Assembly (NCBI GenBank): GCA_018666575.1
Contig: JABIYX010000152.1
Span: 1 to 53,990, forward strand
Source of the DNA: Methanobacteriota archaeon
GTDB taxonomy: Archaea > Thermoplasmatota > Poseidoniia > Poseidoniales > Poseidoniaceae
Direction: 5' to 3'
DNA: 53,990 nt
Position numbers and translations under genes: made by a program. The notes under the pieces are model-generated. The model was not told the DNA's origin. It searched no databases and saw only the letters and a list, made by a program, of their open reading frames with translations. Below, piece after piece: positions 9,663 through 18,614 of the stretch (the stretch's first letter is position 1; each line of letters begins with the position of its first letter).

Positions 9663-10691
9663 ATGCTTCGAATACTTTCCTCAAATCCATTGACAAGATT
9701 CGTGCTACGAACATTGTACAAGCCAACTCATAGTCTTCCAATCAAAAGATTTGGGATCGATTTTGAACACCCATTTGGAATAGCTGCTGGTATGGATAAA
9801 CGGGCTGAAGCGCTTCGTGGTTGGGAATCAATAGGTCTTGGATTTTCTGAGATTGGTGGAGTGACAATGCTGGAGCAGGAAGGTAATCCAAAACCTCGAA
9901 TGTTTCGTCACGGTAGAGATAAAGCGCTCGTAAATAGGATGGGATTCAACAACCCAGGCAGCGAAAAAATTGCTCTCCAACTTAAGAAAGCGAGAAAGCA
10001 TAATCGAAAGATACCAGTTTGGGCTAACCTTGGAAAGTCTAAACTTACTCCGCTATCCGAGGCGAAAGATGACTATGCGACGACGTTGCGTAGATTATGG
10101 CGCGATGTAGACCTGTTTGTGATCAATGTGTCATCACCAAATACTCCGGGATTGCGTGATTTACAACATGGAGAATTTCTACGCAGCATTATCCATGAGT
10201 GTATGTCTGAAAATCAAAAATCAGCAGATATGTACGGCGGGGAAACAAAACCAATATTGATTAAAATCGCTCCCGATTTATCTCACTCGGAACTCGAACA
10301 AATCATCGATGTTGCTTTAGTTGAGAATATTGATGGAATCGTAGCGACAAATACCACATTGCACCGTCCAAATGATGTTGATAAAGTATACAAAGAGTCG
10401 GGTGGGTGTTCAGGTTTGCCTCTAACACTTCGTAGTACAGAACTAATCCATCACATTTACAAATGTACAAACGGAAAACTTCCCATCGTTGGCGTAGGTG
10501 GAATAATGTCCTCTGACGATGCCTGGGAGAAAATTATCAACGGTGCCTCTCTTCTCCAGGCATATGCTGGTTTTGTGTTTGAAGGTCCGAGTTTGACAAA
10601 AGAAATTGTCAATGGATTGAGAAGGAAACTAAGAGATTCAGATTTCAAAACCTTGGAAGAAGCAATAGGTTCATCGGTACAACTTGCATGA
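9663..10691 (+). CDS. pyrD: Quinone-dependent dihydroorotate dehydrogenase (class 2)
   Basis: GIAAGMDK, QEGNPKPRMFR, NRMGFNN, NVSSPNTPGLRDLQ, KIAPDL. Start moved to the ATG at 9663. Confidence 0.93.
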   Translation: MLRILSSNPLTRFVLRTLYKPTHSLPIKRFGIDFEHPFGIAAGMDKRAEALRGWESIGLGFSEIGGVTMLEQEGNPKPRMFRHGRDKALVNRMGFNNPGSEKIALQLKKARKHNRKIPVWANLGKSKLTPLSEAKDDYATTLRRLWRDVDLFVINVSSPNTPGLRDLQHGEFLRSIIHECMSENQKSADMYGGETKPILIKIAPDLSHSELEQIIDVALVENIDGIVATNTTLHRPNDVDKVYKESGGCSGLPLTLRSTELIHHIYKCTNGKLPIVGVGGIMSSDDAWEKIINGASLLQAYAGFVFEGPSLTKEIVNGLRRKLRDSDFKTLEEAIGSSVQLA

Positions 10692-10728
10692 ATGGCAGAT
10701 ATTGAAATAGGTGCGTAAGAAGGGTGAG

Positions 10729-11124
10729 ATGAGGACTATGTTATCATATCGTACACGACTCATTCTCATCGGTGGGGTGATTACAATCGCTGTTCTTGGA
10801 ACGATATTCCTTCAAGCCCCTGAACCAACTCTTACTGTAGAAGAATTGCTTGAAAATTCATCAGACCATCTTGGTGAAGAAGTTGCAGTTCGCGGAGAGA
10901 TCATGGACGGTTCTATTGATGAATTGAACATGACATTTATTCTAGAAGGACCTGATGAAAATGTTCTCGTTGATTATTCGAATGCTGGTTCAATTTCCAA
11001 TGGGTTAGGAGATAACAGAACAGTGTATGCAGAAGGTACGTTCAAAGAAATTGATGGGACTTATGTTGTAGAAGCTGACACAATAAAGACATCATGTCCA
11101 TCGAAATACGAAGAAGAAGCATAG
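10729..11124 (+). CDS. ccmE: Cytochrome c maturation heme chaperone CcmE (CxxxY variant)
   Basis: N-terminal TM, OB-fold-like VAVRG...VYAEG, and C-terminal KTSCPSKYE. Start is 10729 or 10738. Confidence 0.8.
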   Translation: MRTMLSYRTRLILIGGVITIAVLGTIFLQAPEPTLTVEELLENSSDHLGEEVAVRGEIMDGSIDELNMTFILEGPDENVLVDYSNAGSISNGLGDNRTVYAEGTFKEIDGTYVVEADTIKTSCPSKYEEEA

Positions 11125-11177
11125 ATTGATTCATCGTTTGATTGAAATACACCTTCACGCAGGGTATCATGGGATAG

Positions 11178-11470
11178 GTGGGGAGCTAGGCGTACCCTGT
11201 ACCACAAATCGTCTTTATGGTGGGCTGAATGCCTCAGGGCGGCGAAAGCGGCTTTTGGGTTCCTGTATGCGGACGTAGATGTCTCGCCCCTACATGATCC
11301 GGGTGTTGAGAACCGTTTCCGGAAGGAAACGGGGACCAAATAACCGGGGGAACAGGTCAGGCCGGGAACGGAGCATCCCTACCTGGGGCCATGGATGCTG
11401 TAGGGATTCGGGACGGAGGAAGTGTGCAGATTTGGCTCAAAAGTACGAGCGTCCACCTGAGGATTCCCAC
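11178..11470 (+). ncRNA. ffs: Archaeal SRP (7S) RNA
   Basis: GC-rich intergenic island. Ends GTGGGGA / TTCCCAC can pair. Helix-6-like CCGTTTCC-GGAA-GGAAACGG and helix-8 SRP54 motif CAGG-CCG-GGAA-CGG-AGCA. Confidence 0.92.
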
Positions 11471-11472
11471 TT

Positions 11473-11967
11473 TCAAATATCAAATACAACATCACAAAAC
11501 CAGCCAGGACCTTCGAAGGAAGGAACTTCTGGCCACTTTGATAGGACTTCTTCATTTGGTTTCACTTCCATTAGAACGAGGTCTTGGCGTGTAACTGCTT
11601 TGATTTCGACTTCCTTTTCGATGGAATCAGAAGAAACCCATAGAACATGAGCCTGTAGATGAATGGCGTTTTCTTCTGTTTTGATACGAACAGTACTCTC
11701 TACCATCCATTTACGTTCCACCTCATCTTGATACAGTACTTCTTCCAACCACTTCACGAGTAGTATGGTATTCATTTCCTCATGCAATGGAATGGATACG
11801 TTCCACACAGATGAGTGATGAATGAGTGATTGTATTTGTTTTGCAGAGTTTGAATCAATAAGATAATTCTGCATCCCATAGGAAGTTTCCTCGAATAGAC
11901 GTTCAAAGGATGCTGCAAAAGAGCGCAAACCAATATCTGCAGTAGTTGGTCGTAACCAGGAGCTCAT
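11473..11967 (-). CDS. Archease (RtcB tRNA ligase cofactor)
   Basis: N-terminal TTADIG, C-terminal EIKAVT and terminal VVFDI match archease. Confidence 0.85.
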   Translation of the reverse strand: MSSWLRPTTADIGLRSFAASFERLFEETSYGMQNYLIDSNSAKQIQSLIHHSSVWNVSIPLHEEMNTILLVKWLEEVLYQDEVERKWMVESTVRIKTEENAIHLQAHVLWVSSDSIEKEVEIKAVTRQDLVLMEVKPNEEVLSKWPEVPSFEGPGWFCDVVFDI

Positions 11968-11976
11968 ATCTTGGCC

Positions 11977-13038
11977 TCAGCGCTTTGATACTTGGAGGCT
12001 CCAAGCTATTTCACCGATGCGATCAATCATGTCGTCTAATCGCAATACAAATCGATCAGTTCTATCTGCAGTCAGAATACATTCACTTGCCGCATTTGCC
12101 AATTGCGCCGTTTCATCAACAGTCAATCCCAATGAAATTGCAGTTGCAACTGCAACAGCTGCAGCGTCAATTAAACCAATCATTTGTCGAATGTCTTCAA
12201 GCATGCATGGTACATGTACCGTATCAGCATCCTTGGAATGAATTGTAACACCGTCTTGTCCTTCCAAAATAACAAGATGCTTCCAATCATTTGTTTCTAG
12301 TAAATTAATCGCAGCATCAGTTCCTGTAGCAGAGCCCAATCTTCGTCTCATGAGTTCAAGACCCTTTGATTGGAACATGACCCAGTCTACGCCTTTTGTC
12401 CGATGGAGTCCAGTCAATTTGGGATCTGCAATGATTGGTACGTTATGTTCCTTAGCAGCAGCAATAAGCCGAGCTGCTCCTTCGTCATTGAGCACACCCA
12501 ATCCATAATCGGATAAAATCAGGCACGATGAACCTGGTAATGCATTAATTGTTTGTTCGATGAGCATTTCTGATGCATGTTCAGGTATTGGATTTTCATC
12601 TTCAATATCCCAACGCAAGAGTAACTGTTCACCTCTCACGAGGCCTTCACGTGCTCCGAGTAAACGAGTTTTGACTGTCGTAATTCTGTCTTCCAGGACT
12701 GCGATACCAGATGTATCTACACCTTCTGCATCAAGCATATCAAGCACTGCCATGCCAGGGCCGTCGTCTCCAATAACTCCATGCAGTTGACTTGAAAGTC
12801 CGAGCGAATCAAGTCCTCTAGCGACGTGTGCTGCTGCTCCCACATCCTCGTCCCGAGATATTTCCTTCAGGACAGGGACTGGTGCTCTTGAATTCAAGTT
12901 ATTTGCAAAACCATGGATGTAACAATCCATCATGATATCACCCACGAGAAGTACCTTCGATGGCTTGATTGATTTGAGTTCATTTTCTAATTTGCGTAGT
13001 GCATCGTGTACTCGTGCATCATCATCGTTCATTCCCAT
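11977..13038 (-). CDS. PfkB-family HldE/RfaE kinase-like protein with degenerate motifs
   Basis: VGDIMMDCY, APVPV, TTVKTR, ILSDYGLG and IADPK follow the HldE kinase domain. Confidence 0.8.
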   Translation of the reverse strand: MGMNDDDARVHDALRKLENELKSIKPSKVLLVGDIMMDCYIHGFANNLNSRAPVPVLKEISRDEDVGAAAHVARGLDSLGLSSQLHGVIGDDGPGMAVLDMLDAEGVDTSGIAVLEDRITTVKTRLLGAREGLVRGEQLLLRWDIEDENPIPEHASEMLIEQTINALPGSSCLILSDYGLGVLNDEGAARLIAAAKEHNVPIIADPKLTGLHRTKGVDWVMFQSKGLELMRRRLGSATGTDAAINLLETNDWKHLVILEGQDGVTIHSKDADTVHVPCMLEDIRQMIGLIDAAAVAVATAISLGLTVDETAQLANAASECILTADRTDRFVLRLDDMIDRIGEIAWSLQVSKR

Positions 13039-13050
13039 AGTAATCCCTCT

Positions 13051-14013
13051 TCAAATATCATCTTGTAATTCAGCTAAAAGTGTGGCGTGAGCTTGCTCTG
13101 AGATGTTTGTCTGTTGGCGAAGAGTGGCAAGCATTGCTTCTTCATCTCCAGTAATGATTCCATCCATCAATGCAGTACGCAATACAGAACGGTATGAAGC
13201 TAACTCTGGTGGAATGAAAGGTTGTTCCTTTGCTTCTTTTAGCAATCGTTCATGAGTTGTTTTATCTATGTCAAAAGCAATTTGAACGGTTTTTAGTAAC
13301 GCTTCTTCCTCAGTATGAATCGTACCGTCGACGAGGGCTTGCCTAAGCATGTCGAGATAGATTTCTTCTGGTGGCGGTACGTTGATCTCTCGGCGTGCTT
13401 CGTTGGAAAGTCGTCGTACTCTATCGGGGTGCATACCTAAGAAATCCACAACTTCATTGAGCAATAATTGCTCATCCTTTGTTATTCTGCCATCTTCCCA
13501 TGCACGTGCAAACATTCTACGAACAAGAGCTTCTCCTGCTTGAGCATCGAGTGATGCTGCACCTTCTGGATGCGATACTGGTGAAAGAACAGGACTTTGA
13601 TGGTGTACAAGATTTTCATCAATATGAGCTAAAGTCTCAAGGGGAGATACAGAGGATTTGAAGAATGCTTCGAGCAAAACCGTTTTGCCATCAGTCCGCA
13701 CAGGGGTCTTACCGATTTTTGTACGAAGAGCATGCGCTCGTTCTCGACCTAGTGTTGTTAGAGAATAGACTCTTCTTCTTTGACGAGCACCAGGGACGTG
13801 TCGACTTGTATTATCGATCGCAGCCTGTTGCTCGAGTCGCTTTAGCGTGCGAGGGACGTGTTTTCTTTGAACATGTACGGCCGCAGAAATTCCTGCTTGT
13901 GTTAATTCAGCCGGAGCCTCCCAAACTCCTTCTGGAAGTTGGTGAAACATAAGATGGAGAAGCGTTCGTTCTTCTGTTGTTAGAGTGCCTAAGAAGCCGC
14001 TAACCATGTTCAT
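13051..14013 (-). CDS. Winged-helix protein with three TerB-like helical repeats
   Basis: N-terminal wHTH (TQAGISAAVHVQRKHVPRTLKRL...VYSLTTLG); repeats DGRITKDE, DGTIHTEE and DGIITGDE. Confidence 0.7.
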   Translation of the reverse strand: MNMVSGFLGTLTTEERTLLHLMFHQLPEGVWEAPAELTQAGISAAVHVQRKHVPRTLKRLEQQAAIDNTSRHVPGARQRRRVYSLTTLGRERAHALRTKIGKTPVRTDGKTVLLEAFFKSSVSPLETLAHIDENLVHHQSPVLSPVSHPEGAASLDAQAGEALVRRMFARAWEDGRITKDEQLLLNEVVDFLGMHPDRVRRLSNEARREINVPPPEEIYLDMLRQALVDGTIHTEEEALLKTVQIAFDIDKTTHERLLKEAKEQPFIPPELASYRSVLRTALMDGIITGDEEAMLATLRQQTNISEQAHATLLAELQDDI

Positions 14014-14099
14014 CCCCCTTGCTTCTATGTCAAGGTGGTAGTCCTTAGGACAATCGGTTCAATCGACGAAACAATATGTGTGTTCTATGACGTGGAACC

Positions 14100-15203
14100 A
14101 TGGTCCGACAGCAACGTCGTTACAAACCTCGAGTTCGTACGACACGCCCAATTGGTCCAGAAGTTGTTCGGGAATTATCCAACAAGAAACCATTCCAGCG
14201 TCCATCCTTCGATGGGGAGAACTGGACGCTTCAACCGCCATTAGCGACTCGACTCTTCGAAAAGAGTGCGATTGGTCGTCGCAACAAAGATGGTTCAATT
14301 TCGTTAACGTCTGCCGAAGTATTGTATTGTCACTGGCATCGATCAGTACCATTGCCTACACTGGATTGGATCGAATTAGAATTTGAGCGAAACCCTCATC
14401 TTCTACATGAAGCAGTAATCTTGGATATAGGCCGAAGAGGTGGTGAGATGGTCGTTCCAGTAGAGCATTTGGAAGATAATATTCCATTCGCATCCTGGGG
14501 TGTTCGATGGGGCAATAGTCAAAATAGATTCAAGGAATCATGTCAAGCCTATGTAAAAATGGCATCGACAAATGACGAATTCAGCTGGGATGACATCTTC
14601 GAATGGTGTGTTCAATCACATAAGAATAAGGCATTGGCTGAACTCTATGTCATCGATGATGAACTTCATGTAACTGGATATCGCGTGGACTTAATTCAGC
14701 CAGAAGGCAGCAATAAACGATGGACAGACCTTTCATCAAAATCACGTGAATATGTAGAGTCTTGCTGGAACAAGAGACGCGTATTAGAAAAAGGAGCATA
14801 TCTTCCTTACGAAGGTAAATGGCCATGGCATCAAATTGGATTCGATCATATGTCAGGGCGAGTTTTACGAGATGAGGAATTTGAATATCTCAAATCATGC
14901 ATCGATGGAAATGCATCTTCGGAACCCGATATTCTCCTCATGGATGATTTACTCGGCCGTGGGCTTTTGGTACGTCCGGGGTTCAAATTTGGATGCAAAT
15001 GGAGAGTTTATGATGCAAATCTCGAGGAATCCCATGCTCCTTGGCTCATACAGCCAGTACATCATGCATCGACATCTTGGGAGGGGGCATGTCTATCCAT
15101 ACGTCTTGCTGAAGGAGTGCACAAGGAATGGGTATGTGCTATATTTTCTGATAATAAGTGGAATTATCTACGAATAAAGCGCTGGTTGCCGAAACGGAAT
15201 TAA
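14100..15203 (+). CDS. endA: tRNA splicing endonuclease (two-unit, alpha2-like)
   Basis: C-terminal VRPGFKFGCKWRVY...ESHAPW...IRLAEGVHK supplies the Tyr/His/Lys triad. Length of 367 aa fits a tandem-unit enzyme. Confidence 0.85.
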   Translation: MVRQQRRYKPRVRTTRPIGPEVVRELSNKKPFQRPSFDGENWTLQPPLATRLFEKSAIGRRNKDGSISLTSAEVLYCHWHRSVPLPTLDWIELEFERNPHLLHEAVILDIGRRGGEMVVPVEHLEDNIPFASWGVRWGNSQNRFKESCQAYVKMASTNDEFSWDDIFEWCVQSHKNKALAELYVIDDELHVTGYRVDLIQPEGSNKRWTDLSSKSREYVESCWNKRRVLEKGAYLPYEGKWPWHQIGFDHMSGRVLRDEEFEYLKSCIDGNASSEPDILLMDDLLGRGLLVRPGFKFGCKWRVYDANLEESHAPWLIQPVHHASTSWEGACLSIRLAEGVHKEWVCAIFSDNKWNYLRIKRWLPKRN

Positions 15204-17314
15204 TTGAATTCATGATGAATTTCTTCATCAGTTTGAATATCTTCTGGGATATGAATTACCTTTTTCTCTCCAAAATAGGATGCGGAAAACCAGATAGTAC
15301 AAATTGCAAAGAAGATACCGATAATTGTTGACTGATTGTTAAGTAAAGGAATCGCAGATTCTGATTCGGCTTGTAATTCTATTTCTATTGTCCATACTTC
15401 ACCGTTAAATGATGTCAATTGAACTTCTCCAAACACAAACATATTCGGTTGAAGCAATCCATTAGGATTAATCTCAAGCGTAATTGTTCCTTCTCCAGCG
15501 TTGACCTTTAATGGTGAATTTACTGTTCCAATTCGAGTAATTGGCCCGCGTAGATCTACTGAAAATGTTCCATCTCCCTGTCCATTGCCAACATAAGGAA
15601 TCGTGATTGTTGTTACATCTACAGGGTCAATGAATTGCTCGTGAATCATTTCGTTCGGTAAGGGTATAGTTCCAACGGTTGTGACGGTTGTATGGACATC
15701 AAAAGGAATATCATTGCAAATAATAACTCCATCAAAAGTAGCAGTGGAATCAATGATTCCAATTGTGGAGAATGTCCCTTGAATGAAATTATTTTGTTCT
15801 CCCATTTCAGGTGAGAAATTGATGGTGCGGCCATCAGTTCCATTGAGGACTCCTAAGCAACTAACGGGTGATTGGGAATTCAGTATTTCTATTGTGAAAG
15901 GGGTGCTTTCAAGTACTGTCAATCCAAAATCTGGTAAATCGATTTGAAAATCTGGAGAGCAATTTAATGAATGAATTTCAATTCGCCATACATCCTCCAC
16001 AATTGATACGTTTACGTGCCATGGGACGAGTATACCATCATGACTACGGATTTGAATACCCATTTCACCAAAGGTGTCCCCTGGTTGGAAAAGATCTTCA
16101 AATACGCCATCATTTATTCCCTGCAATTGTTCAGTATTGCCATCGGCTTCAATGACTCGTAAGTATGGTCTTTTTTGATCTATATTCATGGCATTATATT
16201 GGGCATCTCCCGCTGTTTTATCCTCGAGAAGAACCAATATTCCTTCACCAGGAAGGGATGCGTCGAATCCTTCATCGGATCTCTTTTCAAACCATACGAA
16301 CTCCTCGGGTCCAATTTGAATCTTGATTCGCGCTCCACCATCGCTTCTTGATTTAATATCAAATGCAGGACCTATGCAAGGGCTTTGTGTCGTGGAAGGC
16401 CATTCAAGAGTTAGGTCCAATGTAGCGTCCTGACCTATTGATTCCATCGTCGGTCCTGTTGGGAGTGACGGTTTATCACCGCCACCATTCCAATTTCCAC
16501 TTGCCATGATGTCCCATATTCCAATTCCTTTCCATGATCCACTATAGCCTGAATCGTGAACTGGATAGAGGTCAAATGCTCCAAATTGATGCATCATCTC
16601 ATGGAGGATTGTTCCAATTCCATTCATTCCGTGGCGAATGCTTGACATTGTGTAGTGTTCAAAACTGTAGCCATCAACCATTATCGGGTCTTGGAACGTT
16701 GTAAAGTGGGACCAAATTCTGTTACTCGCACCACCTCCTTGTTCTTGAGCTAGTGTGGAATGAACAATTAGAAATCGGTCTACAACTTTATCATCATTCA
16801 AATCATATATGCTCCAATCTTCTTCATCAAGATTTTTGACAACAAATTCAGATAATTCAGCGGGCATGAATTGGGTACTATCGCCGTAATCTCGGCCATT
16901 TAATCCATCCTTGCCATAATATTCGAGTGATTGTTCAGAACGTATAATCTCATTATGCACGTTGATGTCAATATTTATTGAAGTCCCAACCGCTTCAGAA
17001 AAGTATAGGTTGGCTTGTTCTTCGAGGAGTGTGCTAAATGTCTGTTTTTCATTATTTTCTAGCGGGTCTGATTCAAAATCTACGAGAACAACAAGCCATG
17101 ACTCATTATTTTCCAACCCAACCAGAGGAGTTTCAATTGCGGTTTCTGAATCAACTTCAATATCAAAAAACGAATTAACCGTTGAAGAAAAGGCGAAGGA
17201 AAATACAGAAAGAAGTAGGCAAATCAACATGCTGTATGCATGCCCTTTCTTCCCCATGTTATGATGAGCATGCGCATGTGTTTCAATTGTTGGGTTGTCC
17301 GCATCCATTGTCAC
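15200..17314 (-). CDS. Membrane-anchored M6 (immune inhibitor A-like) metalloprotease
   Basis: Signal-like N-terminus, VVLVDF, IWSH, HEMMHQFGAFDLY, WDIMASGNW and a C-terminal TM. Real start may be the ATG at 17257. Confidence 0.85.
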   Translation of the reverse strand: MTMDADNPTIETHAHAHHNMGKKGHAYSMLICLLLSVFSFAFSSTVNSFFDIEVDSETAIETPLVGLENNESWLVVLVDFESDPLENNEKQTFSTLLEEQANLYFSEAVGTSINIDINVHNEIIRSEQSLEYYGKDGLNGRDYGDSTQFMPAELSEFVVKNLDEEDWSIYDLNDDKVVDRFLIVHSTLAQEQGGGASNRIWSHFTTFQDPIMVDGYSFEHYTMSSIRHGMNGIGTILHEMMHQFGAFDLYPVHDSGYSGSWKGIGIWDIMASGNWNGGGDKPSLPTGPTMESIGQDATLDLTLEWPSTTQSPCIGPAFDIKSRSDGGARIKIQIGPEEFVWFEKRSDEGFDASLPGEGILVLLEDKTAGDAQYNAMNIDQKRPYLRVIEADGNTEQLQGINDGVFEDLFQPGDTFGEMGIQIRSHDGILVPWHVNVSIVEDVWRIEIHSLNCSPDFQIDLPDFGLTVLESTPFTIEILNSQSPVSCLGVLNGTDGRTINFSPEMGEQNNFIQGTFSTIGIIDSTATFDGVIICNDIPFDVHTTVTTVGTIPLPNEMIHEQFIDPVDVTTITIPYVGNGQGDGTFSVDLRGPITRIGTVNSPLKVNAGEGTITLEINPNGLLQPNMFVFGEVQLTSFNGEVWTIEIELQAESESAIPLLNNQSTIIGIFFAICTIWFSASYFGEKKVIHIPEDIQTDEEIHHEFN

Positions 17315-17317
17315 AGG

Positions 17318-18604
17318 TTATCTGAAGGACTCTTTTTCTTCATGAGTCCATGTTGAAACATTCACTCTTGTGCGCCCCGTCGTTTGTTCACTCCAGGTCG
17401 TGGAATCAATGAGGTCAACATCAATTTGACTTGATTTATCAATTTCTAAACGAACATTATCGATTCTTTGCTTTTTGTTCCAAGGATCAACAATGTTCGT
17501 CATGGCAATGCTCACCTCAGTTGATAATTGTTCATTGGATTGAGGTAAACTTCCTTGCAACCCAAGTAAATCTAAACCCCTCAGTGAACAACGAATTGAT
17601 TTTAGTGAATCTTTGAACGGATTTGGTAGAGGTTTCGATGTGCAACCTCCAATGATGATATCAGTTATCCCATGATAATTGACATGATCAATTAAGTCAT
17701 CTCGCTCATCAATGTGTTCGCAGAGAGCTTCGTATCGAAGAAGACCTGTGCTTTCAGGTGACGTATTTATTGGATAAGCCACGCCAAGGCATGAACAATC
17801 AACAAAGGTGACATTACGCCTTCTCCCTTCATGATCGAACATCGCTTTTGGTAAATGGATTGAGTGGGTTTTCTTTACATTCCTTTTAATAACAAATTCG
17901 AGAACAATAATCAGTGTTGTTATGAGTGCTATATTCGTTCCATTCCATCTTCCTGGAAGTGATAACAAGAGTACAAGGCCTCCAATTCCGTGGATTCGTA
18001 CACGCCACCAATCTTGTGTCGAATCTGTAATCAAACCTGTTGAACCTGCGCTTATTGTTGCAAAAACCAAAATAAATCCAATTAATGATGTCCAGAATAT
18101 GGATAGTGCGAAAACAAACATCTGAACTGCATCATACTGGCTTGTCAATCCGATTTCATCGTGAACTCCATCACCAAAATTGTAGAGCATAGGGATTGCA
18201 TAGAAGAAAAGTAGGAACAATAGGATATAAACACCACATAGCGAAAAGACTGTCCATTTTCTAAACATATTTTTTTCTTTTTTAGTTAAGCCTGGCTGTG
18301 CAAATTGATAAAATAAACCTACTATCAATGGAAGTATGCACATGACTGCAAGGAATACTGCAGTAAGCCATCTCACAACGCTCCATGATGCAGGTTCGTA
18401 CAGCGTAAGGCACTCAGTTGTTTGACATGGATTCATACGATTGAGAACCCATTGCAATATTTCATCGATTTGAGTCATCATTAGACCAGTCAAGACGATT
18501 ACGAGAACAAAAATGAGTGTAGCTTGTTGCGTTAAAAGATTGAGATGTTCTTGAACAGTAAGTTTCTGGTCTTTTTCCAGTTGTAAACCACTTGGGGTTT
18601 TCAA
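17318..18604 (-). CDS. tatC: Divergent TatC-like protein with a fused C-terminal Cys-containing soluble domain
   Basis: LTVQEHLNLL, LYEPA and YQFAQPGLTKKEK (compare F-x-x-PGL-x-x-x-E), about 6 TMs, then ~170 extra aa. Confidence 0.72.
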   Translation of the reverse strand: MKTPSGLQLEKDQKLTVQEHLNLLTQQATLIFVLVIVLTGLMMTQIDEILQWVLNRMNPCQTTECLTLYEPASWSVVRWLTAVFLAVMCILPLIVGLFYQFAQPGLTKKEKNMFRKWTVFSLCGVYILLFLLFFYAIPMLYNFGDGVHDEIGLTSQYDAVQMFVFALSIFWTSLIGFILVFATISAGSTGLITDSTQDWWRVRIHGIGGLVLLLSLPGRWNGTNIALITTLIIVLEFVIKRNVKKTHSIHLPKAMFDHEGRRRNVTFVDCSCLGVAYPINTSPESTGLLRYEALCEHIDERDDLIDHVNYHGITDIIIGGCTSKPLPNPFKDSLKSIRCSLRGLDLLGLQGSLPQSNEQLSTEVSIAMTNIVDPWNKKQRIDNVRLEIDKSSQIDVDLIDSTTWSEQTTGRTRVNVSTWTHEEKESFR

Positions 18605-18614
18605 TGAATCAGCC

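Noticed and set aside
11061..11650. ORFs 11061..11339, 11279..11650 and 11391..11594
   Set aside because: They overlap the SRP RNA or archease and have no protein motifs; they are artefacts of a GC-rich RNA gene.
14950..15010. EndA inactive because of GFKFG instead of GxKYG
   Set aside because: The catalytic Tyr is in the following RVY, and the His and Lys are also present.
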